NCBI GenBank assembly: GCA_965203485.1
Contig: OZ241892.1
Span: 384,001-448,000 of the forward strand
DNA from: Longimicrobiales bacterium
Lineage (GTDB): Bacteria > Gemmatimonadota > Gemmatimonadetes > Longimicrobiales > Gaopeijiaceae
DNA: 64,000 nt
Reading direction: 5' to 3'
Part shown: piece after piece, positions 48,559-59,163 of the stretch
Position numbering within the stretch: position 1 is the first letter of the stretch
Layout of the letters: each line of letters begins with the position of its first letter
Translations under genes and position numbers: made by a program
The notes under the pieces: model-generated
Seen by the model: only the letters and a program-made list of their open reading frames with translations
Databases searched by the model: none
What the model was told of the DNA's origin: nothing

Positions 48559-51500
48559 TTGAGAGAAGGGGACGGGCAGGCGCAGCTTGCCTTGAACCTG
48601 TCCGGGGAGCCGCCGCGGAAGGAGGGCGTCGCTTCGGAAGCGTGCGCGGTGGTCAGGGAGCTCGAGCGCGTGGCTCGCTCCGGGTTGCGGCGGAGAACGC
48701 TCGTGGCGCGCACGCGAGGCGAGGGACGCGAGTTCTTGGGCCAGCTGGCCCGGCGGGGGTGCTCGTGGGCGGGCTTCGACGTGAGGACGCCGCTGACGCT
48801 GGCGGAGCGGATCGTGGAGGAGCGAGGCTGGCCCGGCGCGGTCGAGAGGATCGACGAATTCGACGAACAGCGTCTGCTCGAACAGGCGCTCGACGACGTG
48901 GTGGGCGCGAATGCGGGGCAGAGGTACCGCGAGCTGGCCGAGAAGGTGGGGTTTCGGCGCGCCGTGCGGAGTTCGGTGAAGGAGTTGCGCCTCGCAGGAA
49001 TCTCGGGCGACGGAAAGGCGGCCCGGACGGCGGGCTCCGCCGGCTCCCGCTTCGTCGTGGACGTGCTGCGCCGGTTCGAGAGGCTGCTGGAGGAAGGCGG
49101 ACTGGCCGACGAGGCGTGGGTGCTGGAACGCGCCGCCAAGATGCTGGACGTGGTCGGCGGTGCGGGGGACGCCGCGCGGCGCCGCGGCCGTTCGGCGGCC
49201 TTGCCCGACTGCGACGAAACGTACTTGCTGCCCGGACACCTCGACGGCGGCCTGCGCGGGGATTTCCTTCGCGCCCTGCTGCGCCGCGGCGCGGCCCTGC
49301 TGCCGGCCGATCCCGTCGTGGGCCTCGAGGCGCCGCGCCGCCGCCGTCCGTTGTGGGACGTTGCGTTGGCGGAGTCGCAGGGCAGCCGGCTTCACGCTTG
49401 CCGCGACGGCGAGCGCCGCGAGGACGTGGAAGTGTTTCGGGCGGCCTCGATCTGCGACGAGCTGAGGGGCGTTCTGCGCCGCGCGGTGGCGTGGGGCGCG
49501 TGCTGGGACCAAGTCGAGATCGTGACGCCCGACCCGATGTCGTACGGATCGGCGCTTCATGCCATTGCCGAGTCCCTGGGCATTCCCGCGACGTTCGCGG
49601 CCGGCCTGCCGGTGCAGCGGACTAGGCCGGGACGCGTCGCCGCCGCCTACTTCCGGTGGATCGAAGGCCAGTTCGCCGAGTCGGTCTTTCGAGGGCTGGT
49701 CGAGGCCGGGGACGTGCGCGCCCGAGGGGACGCGGGCGGCGTCCTGCCGCGCCGTCTGGCGGAAGCCCTGCGCCGCCTCCGCATCGGATACCGCCGCGAC
49801 CGCTACCGGCCCGCCCTGGAACGAGCCGCAGCGGACCTCGGCCGCATGGAGCAGGGCAAGCACGAGTCGCCGGAAGGGCTCGAGAAGCGCAAGCGGCGGC
49901 GAAGCCGGGAACTGGCCGCGCTCGAGGACCTCGTGCTCCCGGCGCTCGACGCGACTCCGCCCACGGACGGCTCGCCCGTCTCGCCCGCCCAGGTCGCGAC
50001 GGGCGTCCGCGCCCTGCTCGACCGCGTCGCCCCGGGCACGGACGCCGACAAGTCCGCCCGCGCCGAGCTGGAACGCCGCCTGGGCCGCATCGAAGCCGAA
50101 CTGCGTCGGCCGACCGACTTCGGCTCCGCCGCCGCGACCGTCCAGGGCTTCCTCCAGGTTCCCGTGGCGCCGCCCGGCGCGGACGGGCCGACGGCCCCGT
50201 GGACTTCGGCGCCCGGGCGCCTCCACCTCTCCAGCCTCGAACACGGGGGCGCGTCGGGGCGCCCGTTCACGTTCGTGGTCGGCATGGACGCGGCCAACTT
50301 TCCTGGGACCGCCTTCGAGGATCCGCTTCTCTCGGACCGCGACCGCATCCGTCTGGACACGGAGCGCATTCGCAACCGCCGCCTGGGCCTTCGCCTGGCC
50401 GGGGACGACGCGCAGGAGAAGCGGTTCCGCTTCGCCGAGTTGTTCGCGGGCCTGCGCGGGCGCGTCGCCGTGAGCTACGCGTCGTGGGAGCCGTTCCAGG
50501 CGCGCGAGCTGGCGCCCGCCGCCGAGGTGCTCCAGGCGCACCGGCTGGCCCTTGGCGACTCGGCCGTCTCGTTCTCCCGCATGAGCGACGGCCTCGCGAC
50601 GCCCGAGTCGCGGGTCCCCGGCAGCGGAAGCGCGGCGCTGCTGGACCGCGACGACGTGTGGCTTCACGCCATCTCCACCGCAGACGGCAGGTTGCGACGC
50701 GCGACGCGCGCCGTGGCGCGAGGCTATCCCAAGCTGGCCGACGGCATGGCCGCCGCCGCCGCGCTCGGCAGGCCGGAGCCCTCGGTTCACGCCGGATTCC
50801 TGGGCGCCGGACGGCCCCCGTTCTCCTTCCAGGACATCGCCGCGCTGGGCCCGCTCTCGGCCAGCGCGCTCCAGGACTTGGGCGCATGTCCCCGGCGCTT
50901 CCTGTTGCGGACCGTGCTGCGCGCGTATCCGCCGGACGATCCCGAATTCGATCCGCACCGCTGGCTCAACGCCCGCGAGCGCGGCGCTCTCTTGCACCGC
51001 GTCTACGAGCGCACGTTGTGGACCGCCCGCAAACGAGGCATCGACCCCGGCCGCGAAGACTTCGAGGCGTTGGCGTTGGAAGAGGTGGAGCGCCAGAGCC
51101 GCCGTGCTCTGATCGAGACGCCCTCGCCCAGCGACGCCGTGCGCGGCTGGGAAGTCAGGGCGTTGCGGGAAGACGCCAAGAGCTTCGTGACGATGATTCG
51201 CGACACACGTCCCGCATGGCTGAAGTTGGAACTGGAATTCGGCCGCGCCGACGTCTTGGAGGTGGAGCTGGGCGGCCGCATGGTGAGCGTGCGTGGATCG
51301 ATCGACCGGGTTGACGATGCGGCCGGCCTGTCCGCGGAGGACCGCGGCGGCGCGGGCCGGCCCTCGGAACGTGGGGAGTCCGTGCGGGTGGTGGACTACA
51401 AGACCGGGAGCGCATCGTATTGGAGCGAAGCCAGCGGCGCCTACGACGGCGGGCGGCGCCTGCAGCACGTGGTCTACGCGGCCGCCGCGCGCGCGTCCTT

Positions 51501-51852
51501 GGGGCGGCCGATGGATCGCATGGAGTACCGCTTTCCGACCCGCCGCGGCGAGAACGACGTCAGAGCCTACGACGCGGATCGCTTGGCCGACGGCGGAAGG
51601 CTCGTTGCCGCCATGCTCGACGGCGTCGAGGCGGGTTGCTTTCCGGCGACGGACAATCCGGCCGAGGACTGCCGCTTCTGCGATTACAAGGCCGTCTGCG
51701 GCGTCGATCGGGACGTCGGCGCCGGCGAGTTGACTTGCCGGGCGGCGGCGTGGACGGCGGAGCGGCTCGAGGAGGGCGACGGGTCGGCGCCTGCGGCGGT
51801 GGCGGCTCTCCGGAAGGCTCGCGAATGGGAGTCTGGAGCGGCGTTCCCATGA
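48559..51852 (+). CDS. addB: AddB/RexB-like PD-(D/E)xK nuclease subunit
   Basis: RBS GAGGAGG before TTG; SASALQDLGACPRRF, RGALLH, RGSIDRVD, VVDYKTG, LQ..Y, CRFCDYKAVC (Fe-S staple cysteines). Confidence 0.85.
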   Translation: MREGDGQAQLALNLSGEPPRKEGVASEACAVVRELERVARSGLRRRTLVARTRGEGREFLGQLARRGCSWAGFDVRTPLTLAERIVEERGWPGAVERIDEFDEQRLLEQALDDVVGANAGQRYRELAEKVGFRRAVRSSVKELRLAGISGDGKAARTAGSAGSRFVVDVLRRFERLLEEGGLADEAWVLERAAKMLDVVGGAGDAARRRGRSAALPDCDETYLLPGHLDGGLRGDFLRALLRRGAALLPADPVVGLEAPRRRRPLWDVALAESQGSRLHACRDGERREDVEVFRAASICDELRGVLRRAVAWGACWDQVEIVTPDPMSYGSALHAIAESLGIPATFAAGLPVQRTRPGRVAAAYFRWIEGQFAESVFRGLVEAGDVRARGDAGGVLPRRLAEALRRLRIGYRRDRYRPALERAAADLGRMEQGKHESPEGLEKRKRRRSRELAALEDLVLPALDATPPTDGSPVSPAQVATGVRALLDRVAPGTDADKSARAELERRLGRIEAELRRPTDFGSAAATVQGFLQVPVAPPGADGPTAPWTSAPGRLHLSSLEHGGASGRPFTFVVGMDAANFPGTAFEDPLLSDRDRIRLDTERIRNRRLGLRLAGDDAQEKRFRFAELFAGLRGRVAVSYASWEPFQARELAPAAEVLQAHRLALGDSAVSFSRMSDGLATPESRVPGSGSAALLDRDDVWLHAISTADGRLRRATRAVARGYPKLADGMAAAAALGRPEPSVHAGFLGAGRPPFSFQDIAALGPLSASALQDLGACPRRFLLRTVLRAYPPDDPEFDPHRWLNARERGALLHRVYERTLWTARKRGIDPGREDFEALALEEVERQSRRALIETPSPSDAVRGWEVRALREDAKSFVTMIRDTRPAWLKLELEFGRADVLEVELGGRMVSVRGSIDRVDDAAGLSAEDRGGAGRPSERGESVRVVDYKTGSASYWSEASGAYDGGRRLQHVVYAAAARASLGRPMDRMEYRFPTRRGENDVRAYDADRLADGGRLVAAMLDGVEAGCFPATDNPAEDCRFCDYKAVCGVDRDVGAGELTCRAAAWTAERLEEGDGSAPAAVAALRKAREWESGAAFP

Positions 51853-54800
51853 CCGGCCACGCTCTGGACGGCCGCTGGCTGGCGACCGACGCCGATCCCC
51901 CGGATCAGGCCGCCCGGCTGCGCATCGTCGAAGACCTGGGCTCGAACTTGATGGTCGAGGCGGGGGCGGGGTCCGGCAAGACAGCGTCGCTCGTGGACCG
52001 CATGACCAGGCTGATCCTCGAGGAAGTGTGCACGGCCGACCAGATCGCGGCGGTCACGTTCACGCGCAAGGCGGCGGCCGAACTGCGCGAGCGCTTTCGG
52101 GAGAGCCTGGAGGCCGTTGCCGCCGACACCGGCGCCGCATCCGCAAAGGCCATTGCCGACCGGGCTCTCCTCGACTTGGACCGGGCGTTCGTGGGCACGA
52201 TTCACGCCTTCTGCGCCCGGTTGCTGCGGCAACGTCCGCTGGACGTGGGACTCGACCCCGGGTTCCGCGAGCTGCTCGACTCGGAGGGCGCGCGGCTGCA
52301 GGTCCAGGCGTGGGCCGACTTTCTGGAGCGTCTCGCCGCGGACGGGGACCCGCGCCTCCAGCGGCTGGAGGAACTCGGGATCCCGCCCGCCCGGCTGGAG
52401 GCAGCCTTCGCCCGCATGGTCGAGAACCCGGACGTGGACTTCGCCTGCCCGTTCGAGCCGCCGCTGCCGAACGCCAAGTCGCCGGAGGACCCCGGCGGCA
52501 CGCCGGACCGCTCGCCGGAGCCGCGAGGCGAAGTCGGCCAGGCGCCCCAGGAATCGCCCCTCGAAAGGTGGTTTCGGCACGGCGGGCGTCCATTGCCCGC
52601 CCCGGTCGAAGCCGCGCGGACGGAGCTGGACGAGCTTCTGGACCGCGCCTCCGAACTCTTGCCGGATACGGAGCCCGCCAAGGGGTGGGATTCCGTCGGA
52701 AAGAAGGTTCGCGCGCTGTTGAGTTGGCGGCGGTTGCGCGACTGGGACCGCCCGCGGGATTTCTTCGACGCGCTGGCCACGCTCTACGGGCGCAACACGA
52801 GGGTAACTCAGAACCGCTGGTCCAACACGTCCCAGGGCAAGGCGGAGGCCAAGGCGCTGGGGGAGGACCTCGGCGCGTTCGCGGCGAAGGGCGCTCCCGC
52901 GGCGGACTTGCTCGAGTCGTGGTGGGCCTACCGCTACCCGGTAGCCTTGGAAGTGGCGAAGGCGGCCGCCGACGAGTTCGCGGAGCGGCGGAGGCGGGAA
53001 GGGACGCTGACGTTCACGGACCTGCTGGTGTTGTCGGCGCAGCTGTTGCGCGGAAACGCGGCCGCCCGCCACGCTCTGGGCGAGCGTTGGCGCTACGTCC
53101 TAGTGGACGAGTTCCAGGACACGGATCCGCTTCAGGCCGAGATCCTCTTCCTGCTGGCGAGCGATCCGGGGAGCGCAGGGAACGCCTGGGCGTCCGCGAC
53201 GCCTCGGCCGGGGGCGCTGTTCGTGGTCGGCGATCCCAAGCAGAGCATCTATCGATTTCGCCGTGCGGACATCTCCCTATATCAATTTGTCAAAAAACGC
53301 TTCCGAAGCTTCGGCGACGTGCTCCGGCTGGAGGCGAATTTCCGTTCGCGTGACAGATTCGGGGTACTAGTTGACGGAGTATTTCACGGGGACGCCGCCT
53401 TCCCGCCCAAGGGAACCGACCGGCAAGCCGCCTTCGCGCCGCTCAGGCCGCACCGTTCAGGCCGGCCTCCCGCCGTCCTCAGGACGTACGACGTGGCCGA
53501 CGGCAAGCATGCCGCCGTCGCCCGCGACGACGCCGCGAGGATCGCGGCCGAGATCTCCCGCCGGGTACGCTCCAGCGAACAGCGCCCGAACGACTTCATG
53601 GTGCTGACGCGCAACCGCAAGCACTTGGCCACCTACGCCCGCGCGCTCGAGGACCGCGACCTGCCCGTGGACGTTTCCGGAGCAGGCGTGGGCTCGGAGG
53701 ACGAGCTCGCGGCGTTCGTGCTGCTCTTCGAGTGCCTGGCCGACCCGTCGCACCGCGTGCTGGCTCTGGCCGCGCTTGTCGGCCCCTTCTTCGGAGTCCC
53801 GCTGGACCAGATCGTGCGCTACCGCGAGGCTGGCGGGCCGCTGGCGATCAACTTGCCGCCGTGGCGCGAAGGGGCGCCCGACGAGGAGGGCGCGTGCCGG
53901 CCAATCGCGGGAGCCGAGCGGGCGCAAGACGCCCTTGGGACGTTGCACGACTGGTGGACCTGGGCCAAGAAGCAACCGGCCGACGTCGTTGCCGAGCGCT
54001 TGGTGCGCGAGACGGGACTGTTCCCGCTGACCGCGGGCGGGCCGATGGGTGCGTTGCGGGCGGGGACCGTCGCGTACGTGCTGGACGCCGTTCGGGCTGC
54101 GGCGCTGGACGGAGACGCGTCGCTGGCGGGCGCCGCGCGGGCGATGGAGAGGGCGCTGGCCTGGGAGGACGCGGAGGCCGTGCTGAGGCCGGGCGCCAAG
54201 GCCGTGCGGCTCATGAACCTGCACCGGGCCAAGGGGCTGGAGGCGGAGGTCGTGTTCCTGGCCGCCCCGTTCGGGGAGCGCGACCACACGCCGGACATGC
54301 ACGTCGCGCGAGCCGAAGGCGGCACGGCCCGGGGGACGCTCGTCATCGCCGAACCGTCTCGGGGGTGGAGCGGCCCGCAGGTGATCGCCCGGCCGCGCAG
54401 CTGGGAGGACGACTGCGCGGAAGAGGCGTCGTTCGAGGCCGCCGAGAAGGTGCGCTTGCTCTACGTGGCGGCGACGCGGGCGCGCAGCGAGCTCTGGGTG
54501 GCTAGGCGGACGCGGAGCGCGAACAGCAAGAAGAAGAACGACTCGCCGTGGGCGCCGATCGAGCGCTGGATGGCGAGCGCGAGCCGGATCGACTCCGGGG
54601 AGGCCGGCGCGTCCGGCGACCCGCTCGCGGCGGCGGCCGAACTGTCGCCCGGCCGCCCCTCGGAGCCCGAGCGGCTGCCCCCCGACACGGACCTCGCGGA
54701 CGCCGTCGAGGAAGCGGCGGGTCGGCGCGCCGAGGCGGCGGTTCCGTCCTACGAAGCCGAGTCGGTGACGGACGCCGCCAAGAGCGGGCCGGGCGCCGCC

Positions 54801-55355
54801 CCGGCCGCCTCGCGCGTCCTGCGCTTCTCCCCGCCTGAACTCGGCCCCGGCCCAGGAGGGGAAGCGTGGGGCAAGATCGCGCATGAAGCGCTGGCCGTCG
54901 CGGCGGGCGGCGCCCGGGGCGACGCGTTGCGGGCAGCGGCCAAGCGCATGCTCGCGAAAGAACGGCGTCCCGGCGCCGCCGACAGGCAACCTGCCGAACT
55001 CCCGGCCCTTCTTTCCTTGGCCGAGGCGGTCATGGCGTCGCCCGTTTGGCGCCGAGCCATGTCCAGTCCCGAGCGCTACGCCGAAATGCCGTTCTCCCTG
55101 CACGAGCAGCGCCCCGCCGGTCCCGCCGTCGTGTCGGGCACGATCGACTTGGTCTTCAAGGAAGCAGGGGCGAGGACCTGGACAATCGTGGACTACAAGA
55201 CCGACTCGGGCCGGGACCCCGACTTCCCGAAGCGCCTCCGCAACTATCGCGCCCAGGTGGACCGCTACGCCGCCTGCTGGGAGGCGCTGACCGACGAGCC
55301 GGTCGGCGAGCGCATCCTCCTCTTCGCGGCCCAAGGGCGAGCCGAGTCCTGGTAG
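51849..55355 (+). CDS. addA: AddA/RexA-like UvrD helicase-nuclease
   Basis: AGAGSGKT, TFTRKAA, TIHAF, VDEFQDTD, VGDPKQSIYRFR, HRAKGLE, LYVAATRA, GTIDLV..VDYKTD. Confidence 0.92.
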   Translation: MTGHALDGRWLATDADPPDQAARLRIVEDLGSNLMVEAGAGSGKTASLVDRMTRLILEEVCTADQIAAVTFTRKAAAELRERFRESLEAVAADTGAASAKAIADRALLDLDRAFVGTIHAFCARLLRQRPLDVGLDPGFRELLDSEGARLQVQAWADFLERLAADGDPRLQRLEELGIPPARLEAAFARMVENPDVDFACPFEPPLPNAKSPEDPGGTPDRSPEPRGEVGQAPQESPLERWFRHGGRPLPAPVEAARTELDELLDRASELLPDTEPAKGWDSVGKKVRALLSWRRLRDWDRPRDFFDALATLYGRNTRVTQNRWSNTSQGKAEAKALGEDLGAFAAKGAPAADLLESWWAYRYPVALEVAKAAADEFAERRRREGTLTFTDLLVLSAQLLRGNAAARHALGERWRYVLVDEFQDTDPLQAEILFLLASDPGSAGNAWASATPRPGALFVVGDPKQSIYRFRRADISLYQFVKKRFRSFGDVLRLEANFRSRDRFGVLVDGVFHGDAAFPPKGTDRQAAFAPLRPHRSGRPPAVLRTYDVADGKHAAVARDDAARIAAEISRRVRSSEQRPNDFMVLTRNRKHLATYARALEDRDLPVDVSGAGVGSEDELAAFVLLFECLADPSHRVLALAALVGPFFGVPLDQIVRYREAGGPLAINLPPWREGAPDEEGACRPIAGAERAQDALGTLHDWWTWAKKQPADVVAERLVRETGLFPLTAGGPMGALRAGTVAYVLDAVRAAALDGDASLAGAARAMERALAWEDAEAVLRPGAKAVRLMNLHRAKGLEAEVVFLAAPFGERDHTPDMHVARAEGGTARGTLVIAEPSRGWSGPQVIARPRSWEDDCAEEASFEAAEKVRLLYVAATRARSELWVARRTRSANSKKKNDSPWAPIERWMASASRIDSGEAGASGDPLAAAAELSPGRPSEPERLPPDTDLADAVEEAAGRRAEAAVPSYEAESVTDAAKSGPGAAPAASRVLRFSPPELGPGPGGEAWGKIAHEALAVAAGGARGDALRAAAKRMLAKERRPGAADRQPAELPALLSLAEAVMASPVWRRAMSSPERYAEMPFSLHEQRPAGPAVVSGTIDLVFKEAGARTWTIVDYKTDSGRDPDFPKRLRNYRAQVDRYAACWEALTDEPVGERILLFAAQGRAESW

Positions 55356-55379
55356 GCAGGGGGAGGACGGGACGCCACG

Positions 55380-55445
55380 CAAGTCGCGTTTCGTCGTTGC
55401 GAACATCACAGCGCGACAAGTTGCGTTTATTGCTAACTTATTGCC
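55380..55445 (+). promoter_or_regulatory. Putative AbiE operator/promoter: direct repeats and extended -10, probably leaderless
   Basis: CAAGTCGCGTTT (55380-55391) and CAAGTTGCGTTT (55417-55428); TG-c-TAACTT at 55431-55439, 6 nt before the ATG; no RBS. Confidence 0.45.
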
Positions 55446-56090
55446 ATGAGATTCGCAGAACTGCTCGAGATCGTAGAAGACGAACCTGTCTTCGAGACCG
55501 GCCTGCTGAGAGCGGGACGCGGACGAGAACCGGGATTGCCGGGACAGCTGGTGCGCTGGTGCACCGCCGGTCGCCTGCACCAGCTGCGCCGTGGGCTCTA
55601 CGCCCTGGCGCCGCCGTACCGGAAGGCGATCCCGCATCCCTTCCTGGTGGCCAATCGGCTGGCGCCGGGATCCTACGTGAGCGGACTGTCGGCCCTAGCC
55701 GCTGCGGGAGCGGTTCCGGAGCACGTCGCCGAAGTCACTAGCGTGGGCTTGGTCCGGCCGAGCGTGCGCGACACTCCGCTGGGCCGCTACTCGTTTCGCC
55801 GAGTGAAGCCGTCGATGCTGTTCGGCTACCGGCGAACCCCAATGGGCGGCGGCCAGCACGCCTTCGTCGCCGGCCCCGAGAAGGCGTTCCTCGACTTGGC
55901 CTACTTGGAGCCGGGAGGCGACGGCCCGGCCTGGATCGACGGGTTGCGCCTCGACACGGGCGCGATTTCGCTCTCGGCCCTTGAGAGCGCGGCGGCCCGC
56001 GCCGGCAGCGCCAAGCTGGCGCGGGCGGCCCGCTACCTGCGCACCTTGGCCGAAGATCCCTCGCTGGCCTACGAGGAGTTGCTGGCGTGA
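55446..56090 (+). CDS. Type IV toxin-antitoxin antitoxin, AbiEi-like
   Basis: wHTH with LRRGLY, SYVSGLSAL, VTSV, PEKAFLDLAY; coupled to an AbiEii-like gene. Confidence 0.85.
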   Translation: MRFAELLEIVEDEPVFETGLLRAGRGREPGLPGQLVRWCTAGRLHQLRRGLYALAPPYRKAIPHPFLVANRLAPGSYVSGLSALAAAGAVPEHVAEVTSVGLVRPSVRDTPLGRYSFRRVKPSMLFGYRRTPMGGGQHAFVAGPEKAFLDLAYLEPGGDGPAWIDGLRLDTGAISLSALESAAARAGSAKLARAARYLRTLAEDPSLAYEELLA

Positions 56091-56902
56091 GGGACCACCT
56101 TCAGCGCTTGGCGCGGGCAGTCGATCCGCTGGCCGGACGGAACGTCGTACGCGAATACCTTCAGGCACGCATTCTCCAAGGACTGCAAGGGGCAGGCGCG
56201 TTCGCGCACTTGGCGTTCCAGGGCGGCACCGCAGTCCGCTTCCTCTACGACCTGCCCCGCTATTCCGAGGACCTGGACTTCGCGCTGGAGGGCGACCGGG
56301 CCGAGTACGATCTGCGCGGCTGGCTGCACGCGCTCCGGCGGCAGTTCCAGCGCGAGGGCTACGAAGTGCGGGCTTCGGTTCGCGACGGCGGCCCCGTTCA
56401 TGGCGCCTGGTTGCGATTCCCGGGCGTCTTGCACCAAACAGGCCTGTCCGCGCATCGCGACGAAGCGCTGGCCATCAAGATCGACGTGGACACGAACCCT
56501 CCCGGCGGGGCGGTCGTCCGGACGCGCTTGGTTCGCCGCCACGTCTCGTTGCGGCTGTGGCACCACGACCGGGCATCCTTGCTGGCCGGCAAGGTCCATG
56601 CCGTCCTTCGGCGCCCTTTCGCGAAGGGGCGCGACGTGTACGACCTGGCGTGGTACTTGAGCGACACGGGGTGGCCCGCACCCAACTTGGCGTTGTTGGC
56701 GGCGGCGTTGCGCCAAGGCGCCGAGCCGGGTCGCGACGAAGCCGCCTTGGCGCCGGGCGATTGGCGGGAAGCGGTCGCAACCCGGCTCTCCACGGTCCCG
56801 TGGGAGCGGCTTTCGGCGGACGTGCGCCCGTTCTTGGAGGGTCGGGAGCGCCTCCCCGCTCGGGCCGAGCTGCTGAACCTGTTGCGCGTCTCCTCGTCGT
56901 AG
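56087..56902 (+). CDS. AbiEii-family nucleotidyltransferase toxin
   Basis: FQGGTAVRFLY..RYSEDLDF, IKIDVD, AGKVHA, KGRDVYDL. Confidence 0.9.
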   Translation: MRDHLQRLARAVDPLAGRNVVREYLQARILQGLQGAGAFAHLAFQGGTAVRFLYDLPRYSEDLDFALEGDRAEYDLRGWLHALRRQFQREGYEVRASVRDGGPVHGAWLRFPGVLHQTGLSAHRDEALAIKIDVDTNPPGGAVVRTRLVRRHVSLRLWHHDRASLLAGKVHAVLRRPFAKGRDVYDLAWYLSDTGWPAPNLALLAAALRQGAEPGRDEAALAPGDWREAVATRLSTVPWERLSADVRPFLEGRERLPARAELLNLLRVSSS

Positions 56903-57066
56903 TCCGCCGTCGGCGGGAGCGCGAGGGGAAGGTTGCGTCGGCGGGCCCAGTGCGAGCGGGTTATCGTTGTGCTGTACGACCGCGTGCCGGAATGCCCGGC
57001 GGCCCGGACCGCCAAAGTCTCCGCTCACGGCCGCGCAGGTCCACGCAACCCAGGAAGGAGCTTCCG

Positions 57067-57735
57067 ATGTTCAAGCGCGCAGCCGCTCGGTGTCTCGCAA
57101 CGACCCTCGCCGCCGCCGCCGCTTCGTTGGCGGGGGCGGCGTCGGCCCAGGACGCGCTGGACCCGCCCGCGCTCGAGTTCCCCGAGGGATGGCAGGTGCG
57201 GTTCGACCGCGACGGAGCCAGCGCCGACGACCTCTACTTGGTCGCCATGCCCCCGGGACTGCACGTCACGACCGGCCCGGCGGTGATCGCGTGGCATCCG
57301 GACTCGGCCGCCTCGGGCGACTTCCGCATCGAATCCGAGACGTTCTTGTTCGACCCGGAAGAGCGCCGCGAGGGCTTCGGCTTCTTCGTCGGCGGCTCTG
57401 GCCTCGACGGCCCGAACCAATCCTACACGTACTTCTTGCTGCGCGACGGAGGCGAATTCCTGGTCAAGCGGCGCGACGGCGAGGAGACGGCGGTCGTCGC
57501 GGGTTGGACCGCCCATCCCGCGATCGAGTCGTGGGCCGACAAGTCCGGCTCCACGGCCAAGAACGTCTTGGCTCTCGAGGCCGAGGCCGAGGAACTGCGC
57601 TTCTTCGTCAACGGCGAACAGGTGTGGCGGGGCGAGCGCGGGAACCTCCCGACCGACGGCATCTTCGGTCTGCGCGTGAACCATGGCCTCAACCTTCACG
57701 TCACTACGATCGCGAGCGGTTCGGGCGGCGGCTGA
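57067..57735 (+). CDS. Secreted hypothetical protein, concanavalin/DUF1080-like beta-sandwich
   Basis: RBS AAGGAG, signal peptide ending ASA|Q, beta-rich core (YTYFLLR, FFVNG, GIFGLRVNH). Confidence 0.75.
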   Translation: MFKRAAARCLATTLAAAAASLAGAASAQDALDPPALEFPEGWQVRFDRDGASADDLYLVAMPPGLHVTTGPAVIAWHPDSAASGDFRIESETFLFDPEERREGFGFFVGGSGLDGPNQSYTYFLLRDGGEFLVKRRDGEETAVVAGWTAHPAIESWADKSGSTAKNVLALEAEAEELRFFVNGEQVWRGERGNLPTDGIFGLRVNHGLNLHVTTIASGSGGG

Positions 57736-57737
57736 AC

Positions 57738-58346
57738 CTGGATGCGTTCCCCGGGGACGCGAGCGCAAGCGCGCGGCGGCGCGATGGCCGCGCCGGCCAA
57801 CGCCGTCTTGCAGGTCGCTGGTGGCGCTGGGCCTTGCCGGCGCTGTCCGTTGCGGCCGCGCTCGTGGCCCTCGAAGTCGCCTTGATCCCCTTTCCGGTCG
57901 CCGGCCAGCGATGGACGTGGACGCGGACGCGCGGTTCGCCGCCCGTCACGATGGCGGAGCTGAACGAGCCGGCGAACTCGGGGCCGGAGCTGCTGGCGGA
58001 CTCGCAGCGAGCCGTCGACCGCTTCTTCGATCTCTTGCCTGCGATGTCGGGATTGGCGCCTTCGCAAGTCGCCTTCGTCGTCGACGCCCCCCGATTCGCC
58101 CTCTACGAGGAAGGCGCGATGGAGCACGTCCGGGACAGCCGCCGAGTCGCGAACCGCCAGTACTTCGTGGCCGTGGCCGACCGTTTCGGGTACGAAGTCT
58201 TGGACTTGCTCCCCGTGTTTGCGGACCACTGGAAGGCGAACGGCGCCCCCTTCGACTGGCCGCAGGACAGCCACTGGAACGCTCTCGGCCACGGCCTGTG
58301 CTTCGAGGCCGTGGCGGAGTCGGCCGTGGTGGCGGGGGTGCAATAG
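57738..58346 (+). pseudogene. SGNH/AlgX-like protein remnant (TM segment plus C-terminal DxH, no GDS block)
   Basis: VLDLLPVF...DSHWNALGH present; the catalytic Ser block and a clear start are absent. Confidence 0.5.
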
Positions 58347-58347
58347 G

Positions 58348-59163
58348 ATGAGCGGCAAGGGCGCGGAGACCCGGAGCATCGACCTGTCGATCGACGTGGA
58401 TGCCGCGCCGGACGTGGTGTGGGCGTCGATCTCCGGCGGCGAACTCATGTCGCGTTGGTTCTCTCCCGCCGCATCCGTCGAGCCCGGCGAGGGAGGACAG
58501 GTGACCGTCTCGTGGGGAGCCGGCGCCGAATGGACCAGCCGCATCGCGATCTGGCGGCCCGGCGAGCGCCTGCGCTTGGTGGACCCGCCCGCGGAAGCGG
58601 CCGCGGACGCTTCCGCGCCGCCCGGCGACGCACCCGTGTCCGGGCTGGACTACCGCATTGAGCCGCGTCCGGGCGGCGCCAGGATTCGCTTGGTGAACTG
58701 GGGGTTGCAGGCCGGCGAGGGAGCGGACGACTTCCTCCGCATGATGGAGAACGGCTGGCGGTTCTTCCTCTGGAACCTGAAGCACTGCTTGGAGCGTCAC
58801 CCGGACACGCCCAGGGTCATGATCAGCGTCCGCCCGCAGGTTGGGGGAACTCGCGAGCGCGTTTGGGGACGACTCTTCGGCCCCGGCGGGCTCGGCGAAG
58901 CTCCCGAACGGGCGGGGGAGCGCTTCCGCTTCGCTTTGGTCGGCGGGGAGACCCTGGAAGGCGCGACGGTGCTGTCGGACCGGCCTTGGGCGTTCGCGGG
59001 GATGGTCGAATCGTTCGGCGACGGCGTTCTGCACGTGGAGCTCGAGGGCAGCGGCGAGCAGTGGAGGCTGGGCGTTTGGCTTTCGGCGTACGGGGTCGAG
59101 CCGAAGGTTCGCGAACGGGTCGCCGGCGCACTCGAGGCAACCGTCGGCCGCCTGTTCGGGTGA
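58348..59163 (+). CDS. SRPBCC / AHSA1-like domain protein
   Basis: IDVDAAPDVVWASI...SRWF...WRPGERL...GWRFFLWNLK. Confidence 0.85.
   Translation: MSGKGAETRSIDLSIDVDAAPDVVWASISGGELMSRWFSPAASVEPGEGGQVTVSWGAGAEWTSRIAIWRPGERLRLVDPPAEAAADASAPPGDAPVSGLDYRIEPRPGGARIRLVNWGLQAGEGADDFLRMMENGWRFFLWNLKHCLERHPDTPRVMISVRPQVGGTRERVWGRLFGPGGLGEAPERAGERFRFALVGGETLEGATVLSDRPWAFAGMVESFGDGVLHVELEGSGEQWRLGVWLSAYGVEPKVRERVAGALEATVGRLFG

Noticed and set aside
50820..51852. Cas4-like nuclease with Fe-S cysteines suggesting CRISPR-Cas
   Set aside because: It is the C-terminal domain of an AddB-like protein coupled to AddA; no cas genes or repeat-spacer array are present.
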